DNA from: Candidatus Helarchaeota archaeon | GTDB lineage: Archaea; Asgardarchaeota; Lokiarchaeia; Helarchaeales; RDOG01 | Assembly (NCBI GenBank): GCA_019058315.1 | Contig: JAHPZH010000004.1 | Span: forward strand, 1 to 64,000 | Direction of reading: 5' to 3' | DNA: 64,000 bases | Shown here: one piece after another, positions 20,558-29,933 of the stretch | How positions within the stretch are numbered: the first letter of the stretch is position 1 | How the letters are laid out: the number at the start of each line of letters is the position of its first letter | Translations under genes and position numbers: made by a program | Notes under the pieces: model-generated | The model's database searches: none | What the model saw: the letters and a program-made list of their open reading frames with translations, nothing else | What the model was told of the DNA's origin: nothing

Positions 20558-20719
20558 CTATTTAATTTTAATTACTTCTGGCAACACTTTATAGGTTAAC
20601 CCGCACGGACACTTGAACGTATTGGTATGGTTCGAACCGAATTGCTTGGAAACTCTACCACATTCACAAGTTAAGACCAGACTGTAATCAAAATAAAAGT
20701 ATTCGATTTTATATGTCAT
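20558..20719 (-). CDS. 53-aa zinc-ribbon protein not in the ORF track
   Basis: Hand translation MTYKIEYFYFDYSLVLTCECGRVSKQFGSNHTNTFKCPCGLTYKVLPEVIKIK. Confidence 0.6.
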   Translation of the reverse strand: MTYKIEYFYFDYSLVLTCECGRVSKQFGSNHTNTFKCPCGLTYKVLPEVIKIK

Positions 20720-20804
20720 AAGGGAATGATTTTTATTATATTTAAAAAATTTAAAAGACCTTCTGATAAATAAAAATAACGAAATTATTAATGGAGGAAT
20801 TGTT

Positions 20805-20999
20805 ATGTTTAAACAGAACCGAATGGTCTATTATGTTTTAATTCAGTTGATAGCCAGTAATGTTATTTTATATATTATTTTGATATATTACGGATTTTTT
20901 AGCAATTTACCATTTGAACTTTTAACTATATTATTTTTTATTTGTACATTAAGTCCCACACTATCATTAGCACTACTTGAAAAAGAAAAAAAATCCTAA
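20805..20999 (+). CDS. Small two-helix membrane protein
   Basis: GGAGG RBS; two hydrophobic stretches. Confidence 0.55.
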   Translation: MFKQNRMVYYVLIQLIASNVILYIILIYYGFFSNLPFELLTILFFICTLSPTLSLALLEKEKKS

Positions 21000-21038
21000 A
21001 AGTAGGAATGATTTTGCTGAAGTTGGAGGTGTTAAAAT

Positions 21039-21233
21039 TTGGAGAAAAAATCCAATATTCTTATAATTAAAGCAAAAAAACACACAGGTAGCTTGATGTT
21101 AACTGTTGAAGATAAAGATGAATTTACCAAAATAGCGAAAACTAATAATATTAAAACCATTTTTAAGACAGATGATGCTTTTTATTTCCCGTTAGATGGT
21201 GTATTAATAAGATATGAGAGAAAACGGTTTTAG
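21039..21233 (+). CDS. Small hypothetical protein
   Basis: GGAGGTG RBS before TTG start. Confidence 0.55.
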   Translation: MEKKSNILIIKAKKHTGSLMLTVEDKDEFTKIAKTNNIKTIFKTDDAFYFPLDGVLIRYERKRF

Positions 21234-21702
21234 AACAAGATCATACATGTAGAAATTAAAAGAAAATTGGGAAAATTTATGGAGATAATCGAATTAACGG
21301 GGGTGAGAATAATTATATGAATCAAGTAATTGGGAAATAATTAAAGAAAATCAAAAAAAGGTAAAAAATGCAGATCAACTACTAAATAATGGAAAATTTG
21401 AAGAAGCAATAACGAGATATTTAGAAGTTTTAAGAACTATCTACGAAAAAAAGATAGTCATTTATAATTGTTCCAAAGAATCTATAGAGAATAAGATAAT
21501 TTCTGCATGGAAAAAGTCATTGATATTTGAGGAACATACAAAATAGGAGAAATTGAATTTAATATTTTTGCAGACGTTGGAAAATGGTCTAAAAGACGTT
21601 AAATCTTCAATAAATAATATTCTTTACTTCTTTATTATAATGACAATCTTTGGAACTATATTTTCTGTTATTCTGGTTGTATAAGATCTGTTACTCTTCA
21701 TT

Positions 21703-21954
21703 CTATGGCAAGTTATTCATTATATTTTTCGCATAAGAATTTGCTAGATTATATGTTTTTATTACAATATCCGCCAATTTTTCACTATGAAACATTAACT
21801 CTTCTTTATGTGTATCGAAAAATAATTTATAACATTCGTAAACTTTATCCCTTTGGTTCCATCTGACACTCAACTTAAACCCCCTCTCTTTCTCGCCCCA
21901 TATTCCATAATCTTCCTCTTTCCCACTCTTAAGCTCTGATGGATTTAACTTCAA
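21703..21954 (-). CDS. Small hypothetical protein
   Basis: ORF with upstream GGGAG. Confidence 0.5.
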   Translation of the reverse strand: MKLNPSELKSGKEEDYGIWGEKERGFKLSVRWNQRDKVYECYKLFFDTHKEELMFHSEKLADIVIKTYNLANSYAKNIMNNLP

Positions 21955-22097
21955 TTCGAAATCATCTCCCTCTTAGTCCAAATTATAACTTATTTGATAT
22001 ATTAAACCTAGTATAATAGAAGCATTTATGATAAGGGGACTACCAGCAATGTTGGGAAAAAGGAAAGCCTCCAATAACTGAATTAAAAAATTTTGGT

Positions 22098-22181
22098 GAA
22101 CCCAACCCCCGCAAAAAAAGGGGAATGTAGGGAGGAGGGGGTTAAAAAGTAGATTACGAGGGTTGGGCTCTTTTTTTAACC
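22098..22181 (-). ncRNA. Putative structured RNA (long stem with possible pseudoknot)
   Basis: GC-rich intergenic island; 14-bp helix 22098-22111/22157-22170 whose two mismatches become G.U on the minus strand; 9-bp helix 22140-22148/22173-22181; minus-strand TTTATATA at 22215-22222. Confidence 0.35.
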
Positions 22182-22267
22182 TGCATCTTCCATATAATTG
22201 TTTGGGAAAATCAATATATAAACTTGAGTCGGAGTGTCTGAAAAATAAAATCTTATACTGAAAAATC

Positions 22268-22426
22268 GTGTCCGAAAATTCAAAATTCCGTGTCCGGAAA
22301 GTCTGAATTCGTGTCCGGAAAGTCTGAATCAGTGTCCGAAAAGTCTGAATCAGTGTCCGAAAAGTCTGAATTCGTGTCCGGAAAGTCTAGATTCGTGTCC
22401 GAAAAGTCTAATGTGTCCGAAAAGTA
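22268..22426. repeat. Tandem array of 8 ~21-bp units, consensus GTGTCCG(G/A)AAAGTCTGAAT(TC/CA), iteron-like
   Basis: Units start at 22268, 22290, 22311, 22332, 22353, 22374, 22395, 22413; degenerate copies near 22234 and 22477; AT-rich tract follows. Confidence 0.9.
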
Positions 22427-22704
22427 AGTTTTTGCATATAAGTTCATAATTGAAAAGTATCAATCTCTAAAAATTATGTCCGAAAATTTAAATTTTTTAA
22501 TTTCTAAATTATATTAAGAAATCTTATCAATTCTAATAATTTAAATTAAGGAAGAAGTAAAATTCTCTAACGGGATTATGTTTAAGGTAGTTAAAAGCTA
22601 TCCTAAATATGGTTAATAAAGAAAATTTTACCTTTTTCTTAATCTAAATTATTATTATTGGTTGGATTTTGATCACCAGAAAAAATTTAAAATAAATAAA
22701 TAAG

Positions 22705-23235
22705 TTGGTGAAAAGAATTAACCATAATAAAAAATACATAAAATTGGATAAAATTTGGCGAGAAATTATAAATAAGATCCCTGTAACAGACAATATGGAC
22801 GAATTCTTATTGATGAAATTTCTTGTCACACAACAGCTAAAAATCCCAATATTAAAAAAACATCCATTAATTTATGGATGGGAATTTCCCTTACACCCAC
22901 AGAAGACAAATATAGGAAAAATTGATCTATTATTTCACGATGGAAGGGAGTGCTTTTTGATTGTTGAGACCAAACATATCAACAATTCTATAGGTAGAAC
23001 AGCAAGAACTAGGAGAAACAGAGCTAGAAAAGAAGTAGTGACACAAGCTGAATGGAAAAAGGATGAATTTATGAGAATTTATCAAAAGGAATATGTCGAA
23101 TGTGTTTCTTTTACTAATGAAACGCTTGAATGGGAATATAAAGAGTTAAATAACATATATCGGGATTTTGTCAAATCTGAAAAGGAAAAAGTAATGGAGT
23201 TTTATAATTTTAAAGGACTAATGATTTATTTCTAA
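22705..23235 (+). CDS. PD-(D/E)xK nuclease-fold protein
   Basis: WEFP..GKIDLLF..IVETK..Q. Confidence 0.65.
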   Translation: MVKRINHNKKYIKLDKIWREIINKIPVTDNMDEFLLMKFLVTQQLKIPILKKHPLIYGWEFPLHPQKTNIGKIDLLFHDGRECFLIVETKHINNSIGRTARTRRNRARKEVVTQAEWKKDEFMRIYQKEYVECVSFTNETLEWEYKELNNIYRDFVKSEKEKVMEFYNFKGLMIYF

Positions 23236-23266
23236 ACTTTTTCCCCTTTTTTTTAAAAATTAAGCT

Positions 23267-24436
23267 TTATTTTTTTAATTCCCATTTATTTGTAGTCTTT
23301 TCTATGGTTTCTGACTCTCGAAGTTCTTTAAATGCGCTCTGAAAATCCACATTCCCCCCTTTAATTTTCTTACGTAAATTTTTATACTTTTCAGGACCAG
23401 TTGCTAGTTGTTTAATAATTTCTGTTTTTATCCTGGCAACTGGATCTCCTTTTGGTCGCCCAACTTTTTTTGGTTGTAACTCTTTTTTGATTTTATCTTG
23501 TATATCTTTGGGTAAATTCAATACAAAAAAAGGATCTCCGATTGGTTCATTATTTTCATTATACAGTTGCATCATACCCAAGTCGAGTTTGTATGTCCAT
23601 ATATTTTTTAAATAGACTTCAGCTCCCACAAAATTATCTTCTTCGAAATTGTGGTTTGAAATTATCTTAACTATACTTTTAACCGAATCTATTTGGGCTT
23701 TTTGTAGCATTTCTAGATAATAATCAGTATTTTTTCTAATTTGTTTAAAAAGGGGAAAAACCTCTTTACTAAAATGCCTTGCTTCCTTTTCCGTTCCCGA
23801 ATACAGCTTAGATTTTTCAAGATCGCGATTATCACGTTTAGGAAGCAGATAGTATTCAAAATCAGAATACACAAAAAAAATGGTAGGCCAGTATTTCAAT
23901 ACACTTAATTTCTCATGTATGGTGCTAATGACCTCTAACAGGTAATAATCAGGCTGCCAATGGTATTTTTCAGTGATGTTCTTGACATTATCAAAAAATA
24001 TGGGCAAAAAACCCTCAAGATCAATAATGATCGAAGAAATCCTATTTTTGGGGGTTTTCCATAGATATCTAAATATCTTGTTCAATAGAAGCGGGTAAGT
24101 GTGCTTTGTATAGTTAAGTTTTACTCCTTCACTGTTTAATTCGTCAACTTCTTTATGTAATTCCACTCCTTCACTGATTTCGCTAAATTCTTTGACTCTT
24201 AATTTCTTTTTTTCTATTGGTTCTTTTAAATTTTTAATTTCCTTCGGTTTCTTTTTTTCATTAACTTCATCATAGTAGGTTTGTTCCACTTCTTTAACTT
24301 CAAATTTAAGTTTCTTTTTTTTCGATAATTGATCCAACAATTCATCTATCTCTTCCAACTCATCGAGTTCCTTTTTCTCTTTCTTAATCTCCTTTACCTC
24401 TCTGATCGTTCCATAATCTCTATATCCAAATTCCAT
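23267..24436 (-). CDS. Hypothetical protein with charged N-terminus and C-terminal GRPK plus wHTH-like DNA-binding region
   Basis: KKVGRPKG followed by an HTH-like segment ending WELKK. Confidence 0.5.
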   Translation of the reverse strand: MEFGYRDYGTIREVKEIKKEKKELDELEEIDELLDQLSKKKKLKFEVKEVEQTYYDEVNEKKKPKEIKNLKEPIEKKKLRVKEFSEISEGVELHKEVDELNSEGVKLNYTKHTYPLLLNKIFRYLWKTPKNRISSIIIDLEGFLPIFFDNVKNITEKYHWQPDYYLLEVISTIHEKLSVLKYWPTIFFVYSDFEYYLLPKRDNRDLEKSKLYSGTEKEARHFSKEVFPLFKQIRKNTDYYLEMLQKAQIDSVKSIVKIISNHNFEEDNFVGAEVYLKNIWTYKLDLGMMQLYNENNEPIGDPFFVLNLPKDIQDKIKKELQPKKVGRPKGDPVARIKTEIIKQLATGPEKYKNLRKKIKGGNVDFQSAFKELRESETIEKTTNKWELKK

Positions 24437-24576
24437 CTAAATTTACCTCGAGTTCATTTAAGAGGGATTTCTTCCAAAAACTCATTGTTTTTTCCAACTC
24501 TTTTCCATGATTGAAATCCATAAGAGCTTAACCCCCTTTCATCATCATTTTTGGAAGTAACGAATATCTTCCTCCA

Positions 24577-25107
24577 TTATTTAAGTTCTGAAATAAATTT
24601 CTCACAATTTGAACAATAGACTAGAAATTTATAATATACAAATAAGAAATTGTCACAGTTTGGACATGAAACTTGTGTTTTTTCAAGTTGAGCCAATTTA
24701 AGCTGTTCTTCAATAGTTAAATTCGGATTCATCTTCAGAGCTTCATCAACTTTTGTAAAAGCTCTATTAATTGCGATATTATATTTATGATCTTTTTGGT
24801 TATAAGTCTCAATTTGACTATTATCTCCATATCTTTCCAAATAGTCTTGGTCATACACTGAGATCTTCTCTGTTTGTTTCTCTATAGCTTCAGTCGGTGA
24901 TAGTATCAGAAATAAAGCTCCTAATCCGAGAAAAAGTAAAATCAATGGATAATAAAGTTCAAGGTCTTGCAAGTTATAAATAAAATATCCAAATGCTAAA
25001 AAAAAGAAAATTGTGCTTAACGTTTTTGCTCCTCTCATATTATTAACACCCACAAAACTCCTTATTTTTTGATTTGATGCACTACTTATTTTTAAATATA
25101 TCACCAT
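24577..25107 (-). CDS. Membrane protein with C-terminal zinc ribbon
   Basis: Two TM helices; CPNC..CSNC. Confidence 0.55.
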   Translation of the reverse strand: MVIYLKISSASNQKIRSFVGVNNMRGAKTLSTIFFFLAFGYFIYNLQDLELYYPLILLFLGLGALFLILSPTEAIEKQTEKISVYDQDYLERYGDNSQIETYNQKDHKYNIAINRAFTKVDEALKMNPNLTIEEQLKLAQLEKTQVSCPNCDNFLFVYYKFLVYCSNCEKFISELK

Positions 25108-25108
25108 T

Positions 25109-25498
25109 TTACCTTATAAATTTATAATTTTCAAACTCCTTAAACCATCTCACTTTTTCTTGGTGCGTTAGAGATGAAAAATCGAATATATCTTTTTCAA
25201 ATCTCGAAAAAGATAGGTTTTCAAGCAGCTTTCTCCAGCTTAAAAAATAAAAAATCACACCAAAGATACAAATATGTTCATATTCATTCATGATTCTGTC
25301 CATGTCTTCCGGATCATCTAAATAATATGTCATAATTTCTTCAGATTCAAGATCGACCACTGACAAACAAATATCATCCTCCAGGAACAGTTCATATTTA
25401 CTTGTAATTTCTACTGGAATAATCCTTGAAGTAGTTTTTAATTCCTGATATCGTTCTTCAAAATTTTTTTCATATACTTGTTCTTCCAATTCATCCAC
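25109..25498 (-). CDS. Hypothetical protein
   Basis: ORF in a tightly packed minus-strand run; AGGTGG upstream. Confidence 0.55.
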   Translation of the reverse strand: MDELEEQVYEKNFEERYQELKTTSRIIPVEITSKYELFLEDDICLSVVDLESEEIMTYYLDDPEDMDRIMNEYEHICIFGVIFYFLSWRKLLENLSFSRFEKDIFDFSSLTHQEKVRWFKEFENYKFIR

Positions 25499-25812
25499 CT
25501 TTTATTATTTAATGTATTATTGAAATGCGCATTAATTAATTTTAATTTATAAGCTACCAACAATTGCACAAAATTCCAAATCTCGCCTCCATAATTGTCA
25601 TACTTAATAAGGATATATTTTTTTATTTTGTAGTAAAATTCAAGAAAAGACCTTTTTCGATTTTTGGAAAAATCTCTTTTATTATGAGTAAAATGGTAAA
25701 TGTTTTGTATCATTAACCAAAAACATTGATCGTTTGTACCCACAATAACATGATAATGTTCTTGATCCATGTTTCCCATTTCTCCTCCATTAAATTCATA
25801 AAAAATATGCAT
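25438..25812 (-). CDS. Hypothetical protein
   Basis: ORF; GGAGGAG precedes an internal ATG; overlaps next gene. Confidence 0.4.
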   Translation of the reverse strand: MHIFYEFNGGEMGNMDQEHYHVIVGTNDQCFWLMIQNIYHFTHNKRDFSKNRKRSFLEFYYKIKKYILIKYDNYGGEIWNFVQLLVAYKLKLINAHFNNTLNNKRWMNWKNKYMKKILKNDIRN

Positions 25813-25815
25813 ATG

Positions 25816-26487
25816 TTATTCTCCATTAAATATTTTATTTGTAAAAAGAGCCCTTTCCACTTTTTTTTCTAATTTTTTCAATGTACGCTTATATTGTTCT
25901 TTTATTTGAGTTTTAATCCCAATAAAATTGATAAATTGTGCAATCCAGTATTTTACTTTAGCTATATCCAGAACAATTTTATCATTAACATATCGTTGTC
26001 TCAAAAAATCGTGTATTCGTTTTGATAACCTATTCATGTGTAATATAAGTTTATGAATTATCCTTGTTTTGCTAACTCTCTTTATTATCTTAAATTGAGT
26101 CATGATTTTTTTTACTTCAACTACACAATCGAAAATAAGCTCACCATAATTTAAAACTAATAACACGTCTCCTATTTCCTCAACAATCCTTTTTAGACCC
26201 GCATCATTAATTAACGCATATTTTCCATTATTTTCTTCTAAATATAGGCATAATTCAATAGTTAACTCATTTTGTTCCTCATTTATAGTTAATATCTGAT
26301 TCTTAATTCCCCAGATATCTATGGCTTTTCTAAATAAATTTTCCTCATCCATATTTATATCCCTGATAAGTTCGCTGGGTTCCGATTTGGAATTAAATAT
26401 TGACATAAGAAAAAATCTGGCTAGAGTAGCCATTTTTAAATCTTTTGATAAAAAATCATGAGAATATATTTTTAGAATTTTTAGCAT
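25816..26487 (-). CDS. MazG-like (all-alpha NTP pyrophosphohydrolase) protein, phage-type
   Basis: WG..NQ....EE..EL...IVEEIGDV. Confidence 0.6.
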   Translation of the reverse strand: MLKILKIYSHDFLSKDLKMATLARFFLMSIFNSKSEPSELIRDINMDEENLFRKAIDIWGIKNQILTINEEQNELTIELCLYLEENNGKYALINDAGLKRIVEEIGDVLLVLNYGELIFDCVVEVKKIMTQFKIIKRVSKTRIIHKLILHMNRLSKRIHDFLRQRYVNDKIVLDIAKVKYWIAQFINFIGIKTQIKEQYKRTLKKLEKKVERALFTNKIFNGE

Positions 26488-26495
26488 TTTAATCC

Positions 26496-26831
26496 TTAAA
26501 TCTCATTCCAGATATCCAATAGTTCTCTTAACTTTTCTTTTAGTGCTTCAATTTTTTTATTTTCAGTCCTAAATTTATAAATCCTTACTCTTCCGAATCT
26601 CTTCACTTGAAGTATGTTATTAATGGTCAAATACTTCAAGTGTTTAGTACAATTCCTATAATTCAAATGTGCGCGTTTTGCAATTTCTGAAACATTAAGT
26701 TCATCCTCTTTAGACAATAAGCATAATATTTTAACTCTTGCTTTTGAAGATAATATCTCGAATAATGGGGGAAGTTTTTTTTCACTCATATTTTGCATTA
26801 TCGAAACATCTACCATACAAAAAAGTATCAT
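26496..26831 (-). CDS. ArsR-family winged-helix regulator
   Basis: LSSKARVKIL..LNVSEIA..HLKYL..FGRVRIY. Confidence 0.85.
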   Translation of the reverse strand: MILFCMVDVSIMQNMSEKKLPPLFEILSSKARVKILCLLSKEDELNVSEIAKRAHLNYRNCTKHLKYLTINNILQVKRFGRVRIYKFRTENKKIEALKEKLRELLDIWNEI

Positions 26832-27715
26832 TCAGAAAGATTCTTATAAGTAAATATTCTAATAAATTTATTACTAATTTCTAATAATATATGATATGGT
26901 ATCTCGGTCATTTCCTCAATTTTTTTAATACTTATTGAGACCTCTTCCATTTTACAAGCACTATATATGCTTCCAATGATGATAGCATCTAAGGAATAAT
27001 TATTTAATATTCCCGCTTTTACCGCTTCAAATAGTAATATTATTGAAATTTCTCTTATTCTACTTGATTTTCCACTATTAGAAATGAACTGATAAACGTT
27101 AGAAAATCGTTCTAAGAAATAAAAAGGTTTTGATATTATAAAGTTTTTAATTTTTGGTCTGATGTCTTTTAATCCTCTCTTTATTTCTTGTTTTAATGTT
27201 TCTCTCTTAAGTTCGAGAATTCTTTCTTTTGCAGGAATACAATGAGCAAAAAACCATTCAACTAAAAATTCATATCCTTTATGATATTTAGGATGGTCGT
27301 TAATTTTAACCCAGATCGTATGTCTTGGAATTCTCCTCCAATCTCCTATTAAGGATATTAGAGTATTTTTAGAATCTGAACTATAAATTCCTATTGGAAC
27401 TTCACCTGTCAAATCCCAGTGAAATACTTTTATCCCCTTTTCCATTAACTCTATTATATCCGTCATATTCTCTTCATTTATCCTCAATCCAATTTTAATA
27501 TTAATTGGATCTTTAACTCGTGATAAAATTAAATTAAAAATAGATTTTTCATATTCTCTATCTTCATCTGGAGGAATTAAAACCAAAACTTTCTCTTTGG
27601 CTTGGAAAATTTCTTTTAATTCTTCTAAATAATTTTTCTCATCCATTACATTCACCCGAAATTGCAGAAAAATATAAAAACACCCAAAAAGAATCAATAA
27701 CTCACATTTCTCCAA
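26828..27715 (-). CDS. TrmB C-terminal-like domain fused to a TFIIB/cyclin-box-like helical domain
   Basis: N-terminal GIKV..IGIYSSD....LI..F.....PA pattern; C-terminal AIIIGSIYSACK....SIKKI. Confidence 0.5.
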   Translation of the reverse strand: MEKCELLILFGCFYIFLQFRVNVMDEKNYLEELKEIFQAKEKVLVLIPPDEDREYEKSIFNLILSRVKDPINIKIGLRINEENMTDIIELMEKGIKVFHWDLTGEVPIGIYSSDSKNTLISLIGDWRRIPRHTIWVKINDHPKYHKGYEFLVEWFFAHCIPAKERILELKRETLKQEIKRGLKDIRPKIKNFIISKPFYFLERFSNVYQFISNSGKSSRIREISIILLFEAVKAGILNNYSLDAIIIGSIYSACKMEEVSISIKKIEEMTEIPYHILLEISNKFIRIFTYKNLSE

Positions 27716-27896
27716 TCTAATAGTTTTAATTTAAAAATTTTAGATTGGGACTTTTGTGTATTTGTGGCATTCTTGTAATTCAATGTAATGGTGATTCGAT
27801 TTAAATCTTTTGGCGATTATGGATCATTCTGGGATTTATGGCATAACATTAAATTCATGAAAAAAAATATAAATTAAATCCAAAATAGTCTAATCT

Positions 27897-28061
27897 ATGC
27901 CAGATTTTAGACTTGTTATTAGAGATGGATCGGAAGAAGATAAGATTTTAAAGAAGATTAAAGCAATCACAGGGGTTAAAGATGGAAAACAAATTATTAA
28001 AGCTTGTATTCATATGGCATACGAACATTATTACAAAAATTTAGAATTAAAAATCGATTAA
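27897..28061 (+). CDS. 54-aa ribbon-helix-helix-like protein not in the ORF track
   Basis: Hand translation MPDFRLVIRDGSEEDKILKKIKAITGVKDGKQIIKACIHMAYEHYYKNLELKID; strand-helix-G-helix pattern. Confidence 0.55.
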   Translation: MPDFRLVIRDGSEEDKILKKIKAITGVKDGKQIIKACIHMAYEHYYKNLELKID

Positions 28062-28348
28062 GTACAAAAGATTTCAAAATAATATCAAAAAATTTAAATT
28101 CTCAACATAATTTTACATTAAAGAGAGAAATTTCTAAATTCTGTAAACCCTAGTTGTGTTATTAGTAGCTCTCTTTATCTAAGATAATTCTGGATAAGAA
28201 CACCTATTTTTTTTTGAAATACCATTAATGATTTCGATAATTTTAAATATATTTAATAGTTTATTACTATTGAATTAGTAACATCATGTGAGGAAATGAA
28301 AGTTAGTCATTAAAAATAATTTTCTATATAAAAATATATGTGAGATAA

Positions 28349-29110
28349 ATGGAAGATTGGTCCACTAATCAAATGCCATATTCTATTGGCAGTGTTGATG
28401 AAAAAACATTAATAGCATATCATCCAAATGTGGATGATCTCGATATAGTGGACGAATATCAGACTCAAATTTTACTCCTTCTATTCTTAGAAGGAATGAC
28501 AAAATGTTCTCCTCCTTCATTGAGCTTCCAAGGAATTAAAAGGAAGCTTGATCTTCACCAACAAATTTTAACTAATGCTCTTAATCGTTTATTGGACAAA
28601 GAGTTTATTCAAAAAAGACCTGATAATCATTATATTTTAACTAAAAAAGGATTTCAGTTGATACAAACATTTTCACCAAATGTTTCAAATTCTGATTTAG
28701 ATACACCTACAATTGAAAATACTTATAAAACTGATATATCTGCTGAGAGTTTTTTAAAATCTCTAAAAGGAAAATGGTTCGGAGATTTTAGGTGGATAGG
28801 ATGGTTCCAAGATTCTGACTCTACTAAATTAGAATGGATTTCTACAGATAACTCTATCGAAGCCGTTGCATGGCATAAAAATTCTAAAATAAATTCCTAT
28901 CCTTATTCAATTAAAACTATTATTTTTCAAAAATCCCCTATAATTACCCCAGAAGAGATGAAACAAAAAGCAAATTGGTTTAAATATCATCTCAATAAAA
29001 AATTGGCCAAAAAAGGTGCTTTAATCGAAGAATATATTCCTGAAGATTCCGTACTTCAAATAAACTCTCCGAAGAATGATGATTGGTTTTACCAAAATTG
29101 TGTAAATTAA
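28349..29110 (+). CDS. Winged-helix (MarR-like) domain protein
   Basis: SFQGIKRKLDLHQQILTNALNRL..YILTKKG. Confidence 0.7.
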   Translation: MEDWSTNQMPYSIGSVDEKTLIAYHPNVDDLDIVDEYQTQILLLLFLEGMTKCSPPSLSFQGIKRKLDLHQQILTNALNRLLDKEFIQKRPDNHYILTKKGFQLIQTFSPNVSNSDLDTPTIENTYKTDISAESFLKSLKGKWFGDFRWIGWFQDSDSTKLEWISTDNSIEAVAWHKNSKINSYPYSIKTIIFQKSPIITPEEMKQKANWFKYHLNKKLAKKGALIEEYIPEDSVLQINSPKNDDWFYQNCVN

Positions 29111-29164
29111 TTTAATAATTACTTTTTTTCCAAAATTTTAAACATAATTAACTATAAAAATAAA

Positions 29165-29262
29165 AAACTTAGTCAATATAAGGTCCAAACTTAGTCAATA
29201 TAAGCATCAAACTTAGTCAATTTATATCTATTTTTTTAAATCTGCCGAAAAATTAGTCAATA
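29165..29262. repeat. Direct repeats AAACTTAGTCAAT with 22-bp period (3 copies plus a fourth core) upstream of the proteasome genes
   Basis: TTAGTCAAT cores at 29169, 29191, 29213, 29253. Confidence 0.85.
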
Positions 29263-29318
29263 TATTGTTTTCAGTTCTTATATTATTGTAAAATAAAATA
29301 ATATAAGGTGATTAATGT

Positions 29319-29933
29319 ATGACTACAACTTTAGGTATAAAAACGAAAGATGGAATTGTCCTTGCTGCGGATAGAAGAGTATCTGCTGGAGTTTCTTTTA
29401 TTGCTTCAAAAACGGGAAAAAAAATTCATGTTATCGATGAAAGAATAGGAATCTCTATTGCTGGAATGGTTTCAGATGCTCAAGATATCATTGATAGACT
29501 AAATGCAGAATTTCGTCTGTATCATTATTCCAGAGGTTATAAAATGAGAATTGAAGCGGCTGCACAATTTATTGCGAAGATTTTTCATTCTAATTATCGA
29601 GCCCGTGCTCCAATTATGACCCAACTCCTAGTTGCTGGTAAAGATGGTGGAAAATTTTATCTCTATGAGATGGATCCTAGTGGTGCATTGCTTCCTGATG
29701 ATTTTATATCAACAGGTTCTGGCAGTCCAATCTCTTATGGAGTCCTTGAAGGTGGATATCGTGGAGACTTGACGCTCGAAGAAGCAAAAAAACTTGCTTT
29801 AAAAGCTATGTTATCAGCAATTGAAAGAAATCCTCATACTGGGAACGGAATTGATATGGCTATTATTACAAATGAAGGATTTAAACGATTAACAGATGAA
29901 GAAATCTCACAATTAAATGGAGGTAAGAATTAA
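29319..29933 (+). CDS. psmB: 20S proteasome beta subunit, no propeptide
   Basis: MTTT.G....GIVLAADRR, KKI, GSGS, GID; AGGTGA RBS. Confidence 0.92.
   Translation: MTTTLGIKTKDGIVLAADRRVSAGVSFIASKTGKKIHVIDERIGISIAGMVSDAQDIIDRLNAEFRLYHYSRGYKMRIEAAAQFIAKIFHSNYRARAPIMTQLLVAGKDGGKFYLYEMDPSGALLPDDFISTGSGSPISYGVLEGGYRGDLTLEEAKKLALKAMLSAIERNPHTGNGIDMAIITNEGFKRLTDEEISQLNGGKN

Noticed and set aside
20581-20690. tRNA or att site suggested by GGTTCGAACC
   Set aside because: No cloverleaf; the segment is explained by the minus-strand zinc-ribbon ORF 20558-20719
22268-22426. CRISPR array
   Set aside because: Units are contiguous with no unique spacers and no cas genes are nearby
22558-22588. dif-like site (AAATTCTCTAA-CGGGA-TTATGTTTAAG)
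   Set aside because: Spacer is 5 nt rather than 6, arms match poorly, and no Xer recombinase is in the window
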